64,000 nt of DNA from Alphaproteobacteria bacterium (GCA_963555825.3 CAUVXB020000002.1:512001-576000); one strand, 5' to 3'; shown: positions 29,850 to 44,067, counted from the first letter of the stretch. Program-made: numbers and translations. Notes: a model not told the origin generated them from the letters alone.

Positions 29850-30365
29850 TAGTATCTGTGTCACCGTGTACACAGTACCGACCAATCCAGGAATCCCAGT
29901 AGCTGCCGCCACAATCCAAACTTGATGCTGATTCAATCCGTCGAATTTAACTACACTCACAGTTTGAGTGACAGTTCCTACGTTAATTTCACCGCCTGGC
30001 GTCATAAGTCTAACAACGAAGACAATTTGGTGAGTCGCTGATTGATTAAAGGTACAATTCCACGAGTATGATAATTTATTCGAAGGTAATGACTGTTTCT
30101 GCTTTTGATCTCCTGCGATCGTTAATGCAGCCGCTTGAAGTTCAATCTGAAGGAAGCAATTGTCAATGGAACCTGTGAAAGAACAATTGATCAATTCCGC
30201 CCCTTTGTTGTCCAAAATTCGAATCCCGCGAATCTCATTGGATGTCTCGCTTCCTTCGAAAGTTGGCACGAGCTCAACAATTATATTGTGAGAATTTCCG
30301 TGATAGATTCGTGCCGGTAGGCTAACAAATCCTTTATATGTGATGCGAATGTTTTTCATCTTCAT
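29849..30365 (-). CDS. Low-GC hypothetical protein with C-terminal TM helix; last codons displaced by IS630
   Basis: AT-rich ORF; removing the IS gives a ...QILLGFM* end. Confidence 0.5.
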
Positions 30366-30493
30366 AGGAAATCTGTTTGATTCGCATTTGCGTCAGTTGC
30401 AAATTTTTTTCGTAGTTGGGAATCTGGATCTACGGCTTGTGGTCAGCTTCTATTAATTCGTCAGCTTCTATTGATGAATTAAGTGCTTTAAAC

Positions 30494-30525
30494 CTTGCCT
30501 ATCCGGTTATCACCCACACCCACTA
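30494..30525. mobile_element. Isolated IS1595-type terminal remnant
   Basis: CTTGCCTATCCGGTT..CACCCACACCCACTA matches reverse complement of 16931-16962. Confidence 0.7.
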
Positions 30526-30661
30526 TATGTAGTGTGTCTCCTTGGACTGCAGGCAAGGGCCGGCGCAGGCGCATTGAGGAGGCGATCCGGCTAATTCTTG
30601 ATTGTTCTGAAAACCGAACCGGAGAATTCACGTCACGTACTTAACATCGGGGGACGGAACG

Positions 30662-30970
30662 GTGGCGACCAAGGGAAAAACGAAGAAACCCACGGCCAGA
30701 CGGGAAGCTGCTGATGAAACGACATCGTCTGAGCGATTGACGGCACTAGTCGAAGAAAGCGACGCGCTGGCACGAATCGTTGCGAAGAACCCGTCCGCGC
30801 CTGTTAGTCTCCTGCGCGTTTTGAGTCGCAGCGAAGACGAAGCGACACGCAAGAACGTGATCCTCAATCCGTTTACTCCATATGACGTATTGAGCGAACT
30901 TGAAAACCAGTTCACAGAGCTATTTGTGAATAATCCGGCACTCGAATCCTACAATTCAATGAAGCTCTGA
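30662..30970 (+). CDS. Variant leucine-rich-repeat (LRV)-like small protein
   Basis: VAKNPSAP..LL..LS / V..NP.TP..VL..L repeats. Confidence 0.55.
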   Translation: MATKGKTKKPTARREAADETTSSERLTALVEESDALARIVAKNPSAPVSLLRVLSRSEDEATRKNVILNPFTPYDVLSELENQFTELFVNNPALESYNSMKL

Positions 30971-31223
30971 TTTCCTGGAATATTATATCGGTGTCGTTCA
31001 CCTCCGATTTCAGATAAATTTCAATGAAGTGACGGTCCTTTATGCAACGTGGCGTTTTGCCAAATCCGACTCAATGATTAGGATTTCCACCACGCTAAAG
31101 TGTCGCCTAAAAGCCGCTACAATGCCGTCCGAGTCCCTGCTCGGCATCGCCGGAGATATCTCCGCTTCATAGATGCTCACCTTCAACTTGCACCGAGCTT
31201 TACTCAGGAAAATGGGTCAGCTT

Positions 31224-31568
31224 CTATAGTGGGTGTGAATTAAGTGCTTTAAACATCTTAACGACAGTAATTGGGAAATTCCCGACGAGTACTAAGGCCA
31301 ACGCCAGAATAACCAAATAAACAAAAATCGACATTCTATTGCCATAAACAACCTCATATCGCGTGAAGATCGTAGTTCTTTGATTTACGGTCTCAATTAC
31401 GCGTTTTATCCAATCAAGTACGATGGAATCCCGATGCAGTGGCGTAGCCGATTCTAAGAGCCGGCTTATTTCGAAATCGACTTTCTTAACGTGCGTCCTC
31501 GTGAGCCGCAAAAGTGAAATCGCCGTGGCGAGACAAATAATGCTTGCAAATGAGAGAAAAATTGACAT
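31224..31568 (-). CDS. Low-GC hypothetical membrane protein
   Basis: Two hydrophobic segments, GGGAG RBS. Confidence 0.45.
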   Translation of the reverse strand: MSIFLSFASIICLATAISLLRLTRTHVKKVDFEISRLLESATPLHRDSIVLDWIKRVIETVNQRTTIFTRYEVVYGNRMSIFVYLVILALALVLVGNFPITVVKMFKALNSHPL

Positions 31569-31641
31569 GGCGTCTCCCGTAAACAGTGCGCTCCCAGTGA
31601 AATGGACCCTAGCACAACGCGTAAAGGGCGAGCGGGTATAA

Positions 31642-32816
31642 TACCAGTGAGCCTATGAAATCACCTTCATGATCCATGGATAGGCGCAGAGGGTTCGCAT
31701 ACGATCCGGTTCTGCGATGAGGTCGATCCATGCTTGGCAACAGGCGTCGATGATGGCCTCGGTGTCGTCGAGGACGCGGAGCGATAGGAAGCGTTCGCGT
31801 AGGTAGAGCCAAACCCGCTCGACGGGGTTGAGTTCGGGACTGTAAGGCGGCAACAGCGCCAAGGTGACGTTGTCGGGGACGGTGAGGGCGCGCTCGTCGT
31901 GCCAACCGGCGCCGTCGCACATCATGACGGCGTGCGCATCCTGGTCCAGGGTATCGGCGAAGTGTGCGAGAAACAGGTCCATGACCTTGGCGTTGACGCT
32001 CGGCATCACCAGGGTGACGTCGTCGCCGGTGTCCGGGCGCACGGCGGAGAAGATGTAGGCCCACTGGTAGCCGATTTGACGCGTCCCGGGGGCACGCTCG
32101 CCCCTGCGCCACCACCGGTGACACACCCGGCCCTTGTTGCCGACGCGCGCTTCATCCTGAAACCACAGCTGTAGGCGCTTGTCGGGATGCGCCGCGGCGG
32201 TCGCCTTCAGGATGTCGCGAAGCCCCCTTTTTTGAAGCGCTCCTGCGCTTCGGCGTCCCTTCGCGGGTGGCTCGGGCGCGCCTTCTGGCGGGAAAATCCC
32301 ATCCGCCGTAGAACCCGGGTCATGCTCGAGGGGTGGTAGGTCTTGGCGAAGCGCTCCTCCAGCCAGCGGCACAGATCGGCCCGGGTCCAGGCGCAAACCC
32401 CGTCGCGCTCAGGCTCCGGCCCGGCGATGATGACCGCCGCCAGCGCCGCTTCCTCGTCTGCCGTCAGCCGCCGCGGCGAGTAGCCCTTTGGACGGTCGTG
32501 AAGCCCCTCCAATCCCTTTGCATTGTAACGAACAACCGCGTCGCGAAGCGTTTGGCGATCCATCCCCGCAAGCCGCGCGGCATCAGCCCGGGGCATCTCC
32601 TCCAAAGCATTCGCGATCCCATAGGCCCGCGCCGCCGCTCGACCGTACGATTCCACGCGAGCCCAGCGCCGAAGCTCCAAAGGCGTCAAATCATCCCGTA
32701 TCTTGAGTGCTGATCCCATGACATCCCCCACATCTGGTGGGAGACCATAGAATCACAATCCGCCATCATCCGCCATCAATGAATATCCCGAGAGTCAATT
32801 CAGGCGCTCACTGGTA
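31642..32816 (-). mobile_element. IS630-family element, copy of 13636-14810
   Basis: Identical ORF translations and TIRs, TA duplication. Confidence 0.93.
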
Positions 32817-32889
32817 TAAGGCTAGACTACTGCAACCAGCCGTCGGGAGGCAAGCCGAGGCGGCACGGCGGGGCGTCCGGCCGTCACGC

Positions 32890-36492
<3,603 letters not shown>

Positions 36493-36692
36493 CCCGTCGC
36501 CCCCGCGTCGTTGTCTTGGCCGCGCCATCCGAGGCACGATGCGCTTAAGGATAGGGCCATCGAATCGGTCGGCCCACACCCGATTTCCGCATAGCCGCCA
36601 AACGGAATTGTAGGACGCCGAGGGATCGGGCTGGGCAGCGCCATGGCCGGCGCGCTAGGCCGTGTGGACCAACGAAGGATGAGGACACGTAC

Positions 36693-37535
36693 ATGATACT
36701 GATCACCGGGGTGACCGGCACGGTCGGCCGTGCGGTGCTCGAACAGGCGGCGGGCGTCCCAGCACGCGTGCTGATCCGCGATGCGGCCAAGGCCACCGCG
36801 TTCGAGGGCGTCGCCGAGGTCGCGGTCGGCGATTTCGCCGATCCGGCGTCGCTCGAGGCCGCGGTGGCCAACATCGACGCGGTCTTCATGGCGTCGTTCG
36901 ACGGCGCCGAACAGCTCGGCCCGCAGGGCAACCTGATCGCCGCGGCCAAGCACGCCGGCGTGCGCCACATGGTCAGGCTCTCGGCGGTGTCATCCGATGA
37001 GAACGCCGAGGCGGGGCTCGCCCTCTGGCACGGCATCGGCGACCGCCAGCTCGCCGGTTCGGGACTCGGCTATATCCTGCTGCGGCCCGGCCTGTTCGCC
37101 CAGAACCTGCTCGAATACGCGGCCAGCGGCACCATCGCGCTGCCCGCCGGCCAGACCCGCGTCTCGTTCATCGACGTCCGCGATATTGCCGCGGTGGCCG
37201 TCAAGGCGCTGACCGAGCCGGGCCACGAGGGCCGGACTTACGAACTGACCGGCGCCGCGCAGCTGACCTACGGCGACGTCGCAGATATCCTCTCGACAGC
37301 GACCGGCCGGCGCTGCACGTACCAAGACCTGAGCGACGACGAATACCACGCCGAGATTCTGCGCCAGGGCCGCGAGCCGTGGGACGCCGACATGGTCGTC
37401 GAGCACTACCGGCGAATTCGCGCGCAAGGCACGCGCAAGACGACCGATACGGTCGAACGCCTGCTCGGCCGTCCACCGATCAGCATCGAGACGTTCGCCC
37501 GCGACCACGCCGCGGCCTTTGCCGGTGAAGGCTGA
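36693..37535 (+). CDS. NmrA-like NAD(P)H-binding SDR protein
   Basis: ILITGVTGTVG, IDVRDIA, GRTYELTG. Confidence 0.88.
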   Translation: MILITGVTGTVGRAVLEQAAGVPARVLIRDAAKATAFEGVAEVAVGDFADPASLEAAVANIDAVFMASFDGAEQLGPQGNLIAAAKHAGVRHMVRLSAVSSDENAEAGLALWHGIGDRQLAGSGLGYILLRPGLFAQNLLEYAASGTIALPAGQTRVSFIDVRDIAAVAVKALTEPGHEGRTYELTGAAQLTYGDVADILSTATGRRCTYQDLSDDEYHAEILRQGREPWDADMVVEHYRRIRAQGTRKTTDTVERLLGRPPISIETFARDHAAAFAGEG

Positions 37536-37719
37536 GCGGCTGGCTTGATTCAATTAACTATTGCTCAGTAGCTAGTTATCCATTAGACTTAATGTTTCGT
37601 CGTAATGACGACTATAAGCTGCCGACACTACGCCGGGTATGGCGTCAACGAAGTAGGTGGCCCAGGGATGCTCGCCGGTTCGCTATGCGACGCGGCATGT
37701 ATTGAGCAGGTAGTCGTCC

Positions 37720-38883
37720 ATGTTGAAATCATATTCGTTGCGCGCGGCGACCGCCGCGGTGATGGCATTCTCCCTCGTGGCGTTCGGCGGAGCAGCCCTG
37801 TCGACCGACGCAACGGCGGCCAACGGCCTCGCCTGGATCAAGCACCGGGGCGTCAACCTGATAGCGCTCGAGCCGGTCGCCGGCGCGAGTTTCGACGTCG
37901 ATATCGTCGGCAAGTCCAGGGCGCTCGGCACGCTGCGCGCGGCACTCGATACGCTGCTCGACCGTTCGCCGCTCAACGCGGCGGCGATCGCCAAGCTCAA
38001 GCGCAAGGGCGGCGTCTTCATCGTCTACGACCCGGGCTACCCCAAGGAGCCGTCGCCCGACATCCTCGGCGCGCGGCTCGCCGAATTCCGCACCGACCTG
38101 TTCGACAACGCGGCCGAGTTGACTGACGGCATCGCCTTCGCCGTCGTCATCGGCCGCTATCTCGTCACATGGCCGAGCGACGAGGTCGCCGCGATGCTCG
38201 CCCAGGAGATCGTCGGCCACGGCATGCAGCAGCGCGAGGGGCGCTTCGAGACGATGAACCAGCGCGACGCCCGCTGCGAGGCGGGCCTCTACAAGGAGAA
38301 GGCGCACCAGGACTTCGGCCTCAACAAGCACGCCGCGCTGCGCGTCAAGTTCCGCCAGACCCTCGAATGGCACTGGTGCAGCGATTTCAAACGCTACATG
38401 AAAGCGCGCGCGCCGGAGCGCATGGCGCTGTGGAAGACGCTGCATCCCGACGTGCCCGCGCTGCTCGCCATTTTCGCCGACTACGTCGCCGAGGGTCCCG
38501 TCGCGCCGGTCGCGATGGCGCCCGTGCCCGAACCGAAGCCAGCGCCGGCCGTCGTAGCCGAGCCCGTGGCGCCGCCCGTCGCCGTCGCCCTGGCGCCAGT
38601 CCCTGAACCGGTAGCGCCGGCCGTCGTGATCGCGCCCACTCCGGCGGTCGTGGCCGCGCCGGCCGTCGAGTCACCGGTCACGGAAGATCATCTCATCTCG
38701 CTGTTCGATGAGCTGGCCGAATGGTTCGGCGGCCCGGACGACGCGGCCACCGAGGTCGCCGCCGCGGCGGCGCCCGGCACATCGGATGACGAGATCGCCG
38801 CGTGGTTCGTCGAGATCGCCGGACTCTTCGAGCCGGACGAGACCCCGGCGAATGCGCGAAACTTGCCGGTGTCGCCGCGCTAG
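37720..38883 (+). CDS. Secreted hypothetical protein with degenerate zincin-like motif and Pro/Ala/Val-rich linker
   Basis: Signal peptide; LAQEIVGHG; low-complexity P/A/V tract. Confidence 0.6.
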   Translation: MLKSYSLRAATAAVMAFSLVAFGGAALSTDATAANGLAWIKHRGVNLIALEPVAGASFDVDIVGKSRALGTLRAALDTLLDRSPLNAAAIAKLKRKGGVFIVYDPGYPKEPSPDILGARLAEFRTDLFDNAAELTDGIAFAVVIGRYLVTWPSDEVAAMLAQEIVGHGMQQREGRFETMNQRDARCEAGLYKEKAHQDFGLNKHAALRVKFRQTLEWHWCSDFKRYMKARAPERMALWKTLHPDVPALLAIFADYVAEGPVAPVAMAPVPEPKPAPAVVAEPVAPPVAVALAPVPEPVAPAVVIAPTPAVVAAPAVESPVTEDHLISLFDELAEWFGGPDDAATEVAAAAAPGTSDDEIAAWFVEIAGLFEPDETPANARNLPVSPR

Positions 38884-39155
38884 ACCGGAATTCTCACCAT
38901 GGACGGGTGCGGCACGGCGGATATCGGACGACAGGCTAGGAAAAGCGCGCGGCGCAATGCTTGCGCATCGGGCAAGCGCTTTGACGCGGTCCTGTCGTCC
39001 GAGATCCGCCGCCCTTAAGGGTCGCGCCGGGCGGGCCGCCCGCGGCGTCGAAGGCCTTGCGCGTAGCCCCGGCCACGCTCGGCGGCCTTCTCCTGGCGGC
39101 TCGGCGACCGCCCGACGCGATGACGCGCCTGTCCATAGTGAGAACTCCGGGCTAG
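38880..39155 (-). repeat. ~275-bp structured MITE-like repeat, copy 2
   Basis: Inverted homologue of 11714-11987; CTAG ends; supplies TAG stop of upstream gene. Confidence 0.85.
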
Positions 39156-39164
39156 ACCGGAACG

Positions 39165-39815
39165 CTACTCGCCGCGCGGCAGCACGCCGCGCAGGATGAC
39201 GCCGCTGACCGCGTCGTCGATGCGCTCGAAGTCCTTCTTCTGGAGCGTCTTGCGGCCCCACACGGCGCGCACCTGAACCGCGAAGTCGGCATAGTGCTGG
39301 GTCGTCGCCCAGATCATGAAGATCAAGTGGATCGGGTCGACCGGCGCCAGCCGGCCCTCGGCGATCCACTGCTCGACGACCGCGACCTTGCGCTCGACGA
39401 GCTGGCGCAGATCGCCGCGCAGATGGTCCATCAGCACCGGCGCGCCGCGCAGCATCTCGCTGGCGAAGACACGCGACGCCTCGGGGTCCTGGCGCGACGC
39501 CTCGATCTTGCGCGCGATATAGCGGCGCAGCTCGGTCTCGGGATCGTTCGCCGCATCGAGCTCGCGCAACGGCTCGAGCCAGAATTCAAGCGTCTGCTCG
39601 AGGACCGCGCGGTAAAGCGCCTTCTTGTTCTTGAAATAATACAAGAGGTTGGGCTTCGACATCTCGGCGCGCTGCGCGATCTCGTCGACCGTGGCGCCAC
39701 GGAAGCCGTGCTCGGCGAAGACCCGCTTGGCGGCGTCCAGGATGCGCGCCTCGTTGATCGTCTGGATGCGGGTTTTGCCGTTGGCTGCCTTGCTCTGACG
39801 TCCTACAGTCGCCAT
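39165..39815 (-). CDS. rutR: TetR-family pyrimidine regulator RutR/PydR
   Basis: MSKPNLLYYF HTH, IWATTQHYADF; divergent from pyrimidine catabolic operon. Confidence 0.88.
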   Translation of the reverse strand: MATVGRQSKAANGKTRIQTINEARILDAAKRVFAEHGFRGATVDEIAQRAEMSKPNLLYYFKNKKALYRAVLEQTLEFWLEPLRELDAANDPETELRRYIARKIEASRQDPEASRVFASEMLRGAPVLMDHLRGDLRQLVERKVAVVEQWIAEGRLAPVDPIHLIFMIWATTQHYADFAVQVRAVWGRKTLQKKDFERIDDAVSGVILRGVLPRGE

Positions 39816-39851
39816 ACCATCCCCGAGCCGTCCCAATGTCTGGGAATATTA

Positions 39852-39900
39852 TTGACCAAATGGTCAACGCTCAATAGCATGTTCTTGACCAATTGGACAA
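39852..39900. promoter_or_regulatory. Two RutR operators
   Basis: TTGACCAAATGGTCAA (39852-39867) and TTGACCAATTGGACAA (39885-39900) fit TTGACCAnnTGGTCAA. Confidence 0.88.
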
Positions 39901-39958
39901 GAATTCGGAACGTCGCGACGATCGTCGAAACGGGGATGCGCGGCGTGGGAGGGACACG

Positions 39959-40822
39959 ATGACCAAGCTGAAATGCGGTTTGATCCAGATGGCGCTGAAG
40001 GGCGACACCGAGATGGCGCCCGAGGCGATCCGCGACGCCATGCTCGAGGCGCATTTTCCGCTGATCGACGAGGCCGGCGAGGCGGGCGTCCAGGTGCTCT
40101 GTTTCCAGGAGGTCTTCACCCAGCCCTACTTCTGCCCGAGCCAGGACGCCAAGTGGTACGCCGCGGCCGAGACAATCCCCGACGGCCACACGACGCGGCT
40201 GATGCAGGACTACGCCAAGAAGCACAACATGGTCATCGTCGTGCCGATCTACGAAGAGGAGATGACCGGCGTCTACTTCAACACCGCCGCGGTGATCGAC
40301 GCCGACGGCAGCTATCTGGGCAAGTACCGCAAGAGCCACATCCCCCACGTCGGCGGCTTCTGGGAGAAGTTCTTCTTCAAGCCCGGCAACTCCGACTGGC
40401 CGGTCTTCGAGACCGCCTACTGCAAGCTCGGCGTCTACATCTGCTACGACCGGCATTTCCCCGAGGGCTGGCGCGCGCTGGCGCTGGGCGGCGCCGAGTA
40501 CATCGTCAACCCGTCGGCGACCGTCGCCGGCCTCTCGCAGTATCTCTGGGAGCTCGAACAGCCCGCCTCGGCGGCGGCCAACGGCGTGTTCATCGGCGCC
40601 ATCAACCGTGTCGGCACAGAGGCGCCGTGGAACATCGGCGAGTTCTACGGGTCGAGCTACGTCGTCAATCCGCGCGGCGAGATCGTCGCCCAGGCGAGCG
40701 CCGACTCCGACGAGCTGCTGATCCACGAAATCGACCTCGATATGGTCAGGGAAATCCGCAACAATTGGCAATTCTTCCGCGATCGGCGGCCCGAGCTGTA
40801 CGATATGCTGATCGAGCTATAG
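39959..40822 (+). CDS. Nitrilase-family beta-ureidopropionase (N-carbamoyl-beta-alanine amidohydrolase)
   Basis: CFQE, YRK.HIP, FWEKFFF.PG, ICYDRHFPE; operon context. Confidence 0.85.
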   Translation: MTKLKCGLIQMALKGDTEMAPEAIRDAMLEAHFPLIDEAGEAGVQVLCFQEVFTQPYFCPSQDAKWYAAAETIPDGHTTRLMQDYAKKHNMVIVVPIYEEEMTGVYFNTAAVIDADGSYLGKYRKSHIPHVGGFWEKFFFKPGNSDWPVFETAYCKLGVYICYDRHFPEGWRALALGGAEYIVNPSATVAGLSQYLWELEQPASAAANGVFIGAINRVGTEAPWNIGEFYGSSYVVNPRGEIVAQASADSDELLIHEIDLDMVREIRNNWQFFRDRRPELYDMLIEL

Positions 40823-41011
40823 TGGATAGAATCCAACATATGGTGCCCATACGATCCCATATCCCGGTTTCTCGGCAGGCGAGCACCCGCGGGCGATGCC
40901 GAAGCATCGGCAAGGGTGTTCGACGCCCCGAGAAGCCGGGATATGGGACCCGAAGGACGGCGTCCCAAGGCCGCCGTCGTATGGCTGCCCTATGTTGGGT
41001 TCTATCCACTA
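40820..41011. repeat. ~190-bp structured MITE-like element
   Basis: 21-bp TIR TAGTGGATAGAATCCAACATA / TATGTTGGGTTCTATCCACTA, long internal hairpin, TA ends. Confidence 0.8.
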
Positions 41012-41043
41012 GGCAATCCGGCCGCGTCAGGGAGGCGTGACAC

Positions 41044-42288
41044 ATGGCAGACAGAAATTTGCGCATCGACGGTCAGCGGCTGTGGGAGAGCCTGATGGAA
41101 ATGGCCAAGATCGGCGCCACCGAGAAGGGCGGCGTGTGTCGCCTGGCGCTGACCGACCTCGACAAGGAGAGCCGCGACCTGTTCATCGAATGGTGCGAGG
41201 CAGTCGGCTGCTCGATCAAGGTCGACAAGATGGGCAACATCTTCGCCCGCCGTCCGGGCCGCGACAACGAGCTCGCACCGGTCATCACCGGCAGCCACCT
41301 CGACAGCCAGCCGACCGGCGGCCGTTTCGACGGCGTCTATGGCGTGCTTTCCGGGCTCGAGGTGCTGCGCACGCTGAACGACCTGGGCTACGAGACCGAG
41401 CGCCCGGTCGAGGTCGCGGTGTGGACCAACGAGGAAGGCTCGCGCTTCGCGCCGGCGATGGTCGCCTCGGGCGTGTTCGGCGGCGTCTTCGACCTCGAGT
41501 ACGGCCTGTCGCGCCCCGATCAGGACGGCAAGACGATGGGCGAGGAACTCGAACGCATCGGCTATGCGGGATCGGAAGAGGTCGGCGGCCGCGACGTGCA
41601 CGCCTATTTCGAGGCGCATATTGAGCAGGGGCCGATCCTCGAGGACCAAGACATCACGATCGGCGTGGTGACCGACGCCCAGGGCCAGCGCTGGTACGAG
41701 GCGACGCTGACCGGCGTCGAGAGCCACGCCGGGCCGACGCCGATGCCGGTGCGCAAGGACGCGCTGTTGGGCGCCGCGCGCATCGTCGATCTGGTCAACC
41801 GCATCGGCCTCGACAACGCGCCGGTCGCCTGTGCGACGGTCGGCATGATGAACGTCTATCCCAATTCGCGGAACGTCATTCCCGGTCAGGTCTTCATGAC
41901 CATCGACTTCCGCCACCCCGACGACGCCGTGCTGGCCGGCATGGACGCCGCGTTGCGCGAGGGCGTCCGGGCGATCGTCGACGGCATCGGGCTCGAGCTC
42001 GAGATCGAGCAGATTTTCTACTACGCGCCGATCCACTTCGACGACGACTGCATCGGCGCGGTGCGCGAGGGCGCCGCCAACTGCGATTATTCGATGCGCG
42101 AGATGGTTTCCGGCGCCGGCCACGACGCCTGCTACGTCTCCAAGGTCGCGCCGACCTCGATGATCTTCATTCCCTGCGTCGACGGCATCAGCCACAACGA
42201 GGTCGAGGACGCCAAGCCCGAGTGGGTAACGGCGGGCTGCGACGTGCTGTTGCACGCCATCCTCGACAAGGCGGGCCAGGCCGGTTGA
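41044..42288 (+). CDS. Zn-dependent M20 hydrolase (beta-alanine synthase/carbamoylase, PydC-like)
   Basis: GSHLDSQPTGGRFDG, NEEGSRF, EAHIEQGP, SGAGHDA. Confidence 0.9.
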   Translation: MADRNLRIDGQRLWESLMEMAKIGATEKGGVCRLALTDLDKESRDLFIEWCEAVGCSIKVDKMGNIFARRPGRDNELAPVITGSHLDSQPTGGRFDGVYGVLSGLEVLRTLNDLGYETERPVEVAVWTNEEGSRFAPAMVASGVFGGVFDLEYGLSRPDQDGKTMGEELERIGYAGSEEVGGRDVHAYFEAHIEQGPILEDQDITIGVVTDAQGQRWYEATLTGVESHAGPTPMPVRKDALLGAARIVDLVNRIGLDNAPVACATVGMMNVYPNSRNVIPGQVFMTIDFRHPDDAVLAGMDAALREGVRAIVDGIGLELEIEQIFYYAPIHFDDDCIGAVREGAANCDYSMREMVSGAGHDACYVSKVAPTSMIFIPCVDGISHNEVEDAKPEWVTAGCDVLLHAILDKAGQAG

Positions 42289-42316
42289 CGCGGTGGACGG
42301 CGACGGGACTCAGGCC

Positions 42317-43147
42317 ATGACCGAGGCGGCGCACGGCGGACCCGCCCAGAAGGGCGCGGCCGACGAACGACGCATCGTCGTCGACATCGCCGGCCTCGGC
42401 CTGACGTTTGAGACCGCCGATGCGCCGGTCTACGCGCTCGCCGACGTCGACCTCCAAATCCGCCACGGCGATTTCGTCTCGCTGATCGGGCCGTCGGGCT
42501 GCGGCAAGACGACGCTGCTGCGCGTCGTCGCCGACCTCGAGCAGCCGACCGAGGGCGCCATCACGGTCAACGGCACCTCGCCCGACGAAGCGCGGCTGGC
42601 GCGCGCCTACGGCTACGTCTTCCAGGCCCCGGCGCTCTATCCCTGGCGCAGCGTGTTGCGCAACGTCACCCTGCCGCTCGAGATTATGGGCCTGAGCGCG
42701 GCCGAGCGGAAGCAGCGCGCCCAGCGTCAGTTGGAGCTGGTCAACCTCACCGGCTTCGAGGGCAAGTTCCCCTGGCAGCTTTCCGGCGGCATGCAGCAGC
42801 GCGTCTCGATCGCCCGCGCGCTGTCGTTCGAGCCCGAGCTTCTGTTGATGGACGAGCCGTTCGGCGCCTTGGACGAGATCACCCGCGACCATCTCAACGA
42901 ACAGCTCCTCAGGCTCTGGGAGAAGACCAAGAAGACGGTCATCTTCGTCACCCATTCGATCCCCGAGGCGGCGTTCCTGTCGAGCCGCATCGTCGTCATG
43001 TCGCCCAGGCCCGGACGCGTCATCGACGTCATCGATTGCGACCTGCCCGCCGACCGCACTCTCGACATCCGCGAGACACCCGAGTTCCTCGACATCGCGC
43101 ACCGGGTGCGCGAGGGCCTGCGCGCCGGCCACGGTTATGGCGACTGA
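42317..43147 (+). CDS. Pyrimidine ABC transporter ATP-binding protein
   Basis: GPSGCGKTT, LSGGMQQR, MDEPFGALD. Confidence 0.9.
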   Translation: MTEAAHGGPAQKGAADERRIVVDIAGLGLTFETADAPVYALADVDLQIRHGDFVSLIGPSGCGKTTLLRVVADLEQPTEGAITVNGTSPDEARLARAYGYVFQAPALYPWRSVLRNVTLPLEIMGLSAAERKQRAQRQLELVNLTGFEGKFPWQLSGGMQQRVSIARALSFEPELLLMDEPFGALDEITRDHLNEQLLRLWEKTKKTVIFVTHSIPEAAFLSSRIVVMSPRPGRVIDVIDCDLPADRTLDIRETPEFLDIAHRVREGLRAGHGYGD

Positions 43148-44067
43148 CGCCGCCGTGATCGCCGGTGCGGCGGGCGGGGCCGGCCTCTGGCAGCGCGTCC
43201 GCGAGGGCAGGACCGGGCCGGTGTTGGTCATCGTCGCGGCGATCGTCATCGCCTGGTACGCCGGCGCGGTCTATCTCAACACGCCCTGGCAGATCGAGGT
43301 CTTCGAGCGCGCCAAGCAGGACTGGACCGCCCGGGACCTGATCGCCGAGACCTGGGCGCAGGAGCGCCCCGTGTTGCCGGCGCCGCATCAGGTGTTCGTC
43401 GATCTCTACAAGTCGACGATCGGCACGCCGCTGACGTCGAAGCGCATCCTGCTGTTCCACGCCTGGGTGACGGCGTCGTCGACGCTGCTGGGCTTCGCCA
43501 TGGGCACGCTGCTCGGCATCGTGCTGGCGGTCGGCATCGTCCACGTGCGCACGCTCGAACGCTCGCTCCTGCCCTGGATCATCACCTCGCAGACCATCCC
43601 AATCCTGGCGGTCGCGCCGATGATCATCGTCGTCTTGGGTGCGATCGGCCTCAAGGGTCTGATCCCCAAGGCGATCATCTCGACTTAATCTGTGCTTCTT
43701 TCCGGTGGTCATCGGCATGGTCAAGGGGCTGCGCGCGCCCGATGTCCTGCAGCGCGACCTGATGCGCACCTATTCGGCGTCGCGCTGGCAGGTCTTCTGG
43801 AAGCTGCGCGTGCCGTCGTCGGTGCCGTTCCTGTTCACCAGCCTCAAGATCGCCGCGGCGATCAGCCTGGTCGGCGCGATCGTCGGCGAGCTGCCGACCG
43901 GCGCGCAGGCGGGCATCGGCGCGCGGCTGTTGGTCGGTTCGTATTATGGCCAGACCGTGCAGATCTGGTCGGCGCTGATCATGGGATCGCTGATGGCCGG
44001 ATTGTTCGTCACCCTGGTCGCTTTGGTCGAGCGTATCGTCGTCGGCCGCATGGGGTTCAGATCGTGA
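43137..44067 (+). pseudogene. Pyrimidine ABC permease with +1 frameshift at ~43687
   Basis: Removing one A from ACT TAA TCTG restores ISTYLCFFPVVIGMVKG. Confidence 0.75.

Noticed and set aside
13636-32816. Composite transposon formed by the two identical IS630 copies
   Set aside because: Each copy sits inside a different element or islet with continuous flanks, indicating independent insertions.
25517-32827. GCTAGAC direct repeat as att sites of the low-GC islet
   Set aside because: Only 7 bp with no integrase or tRNA; cannot be distinguished from chance.
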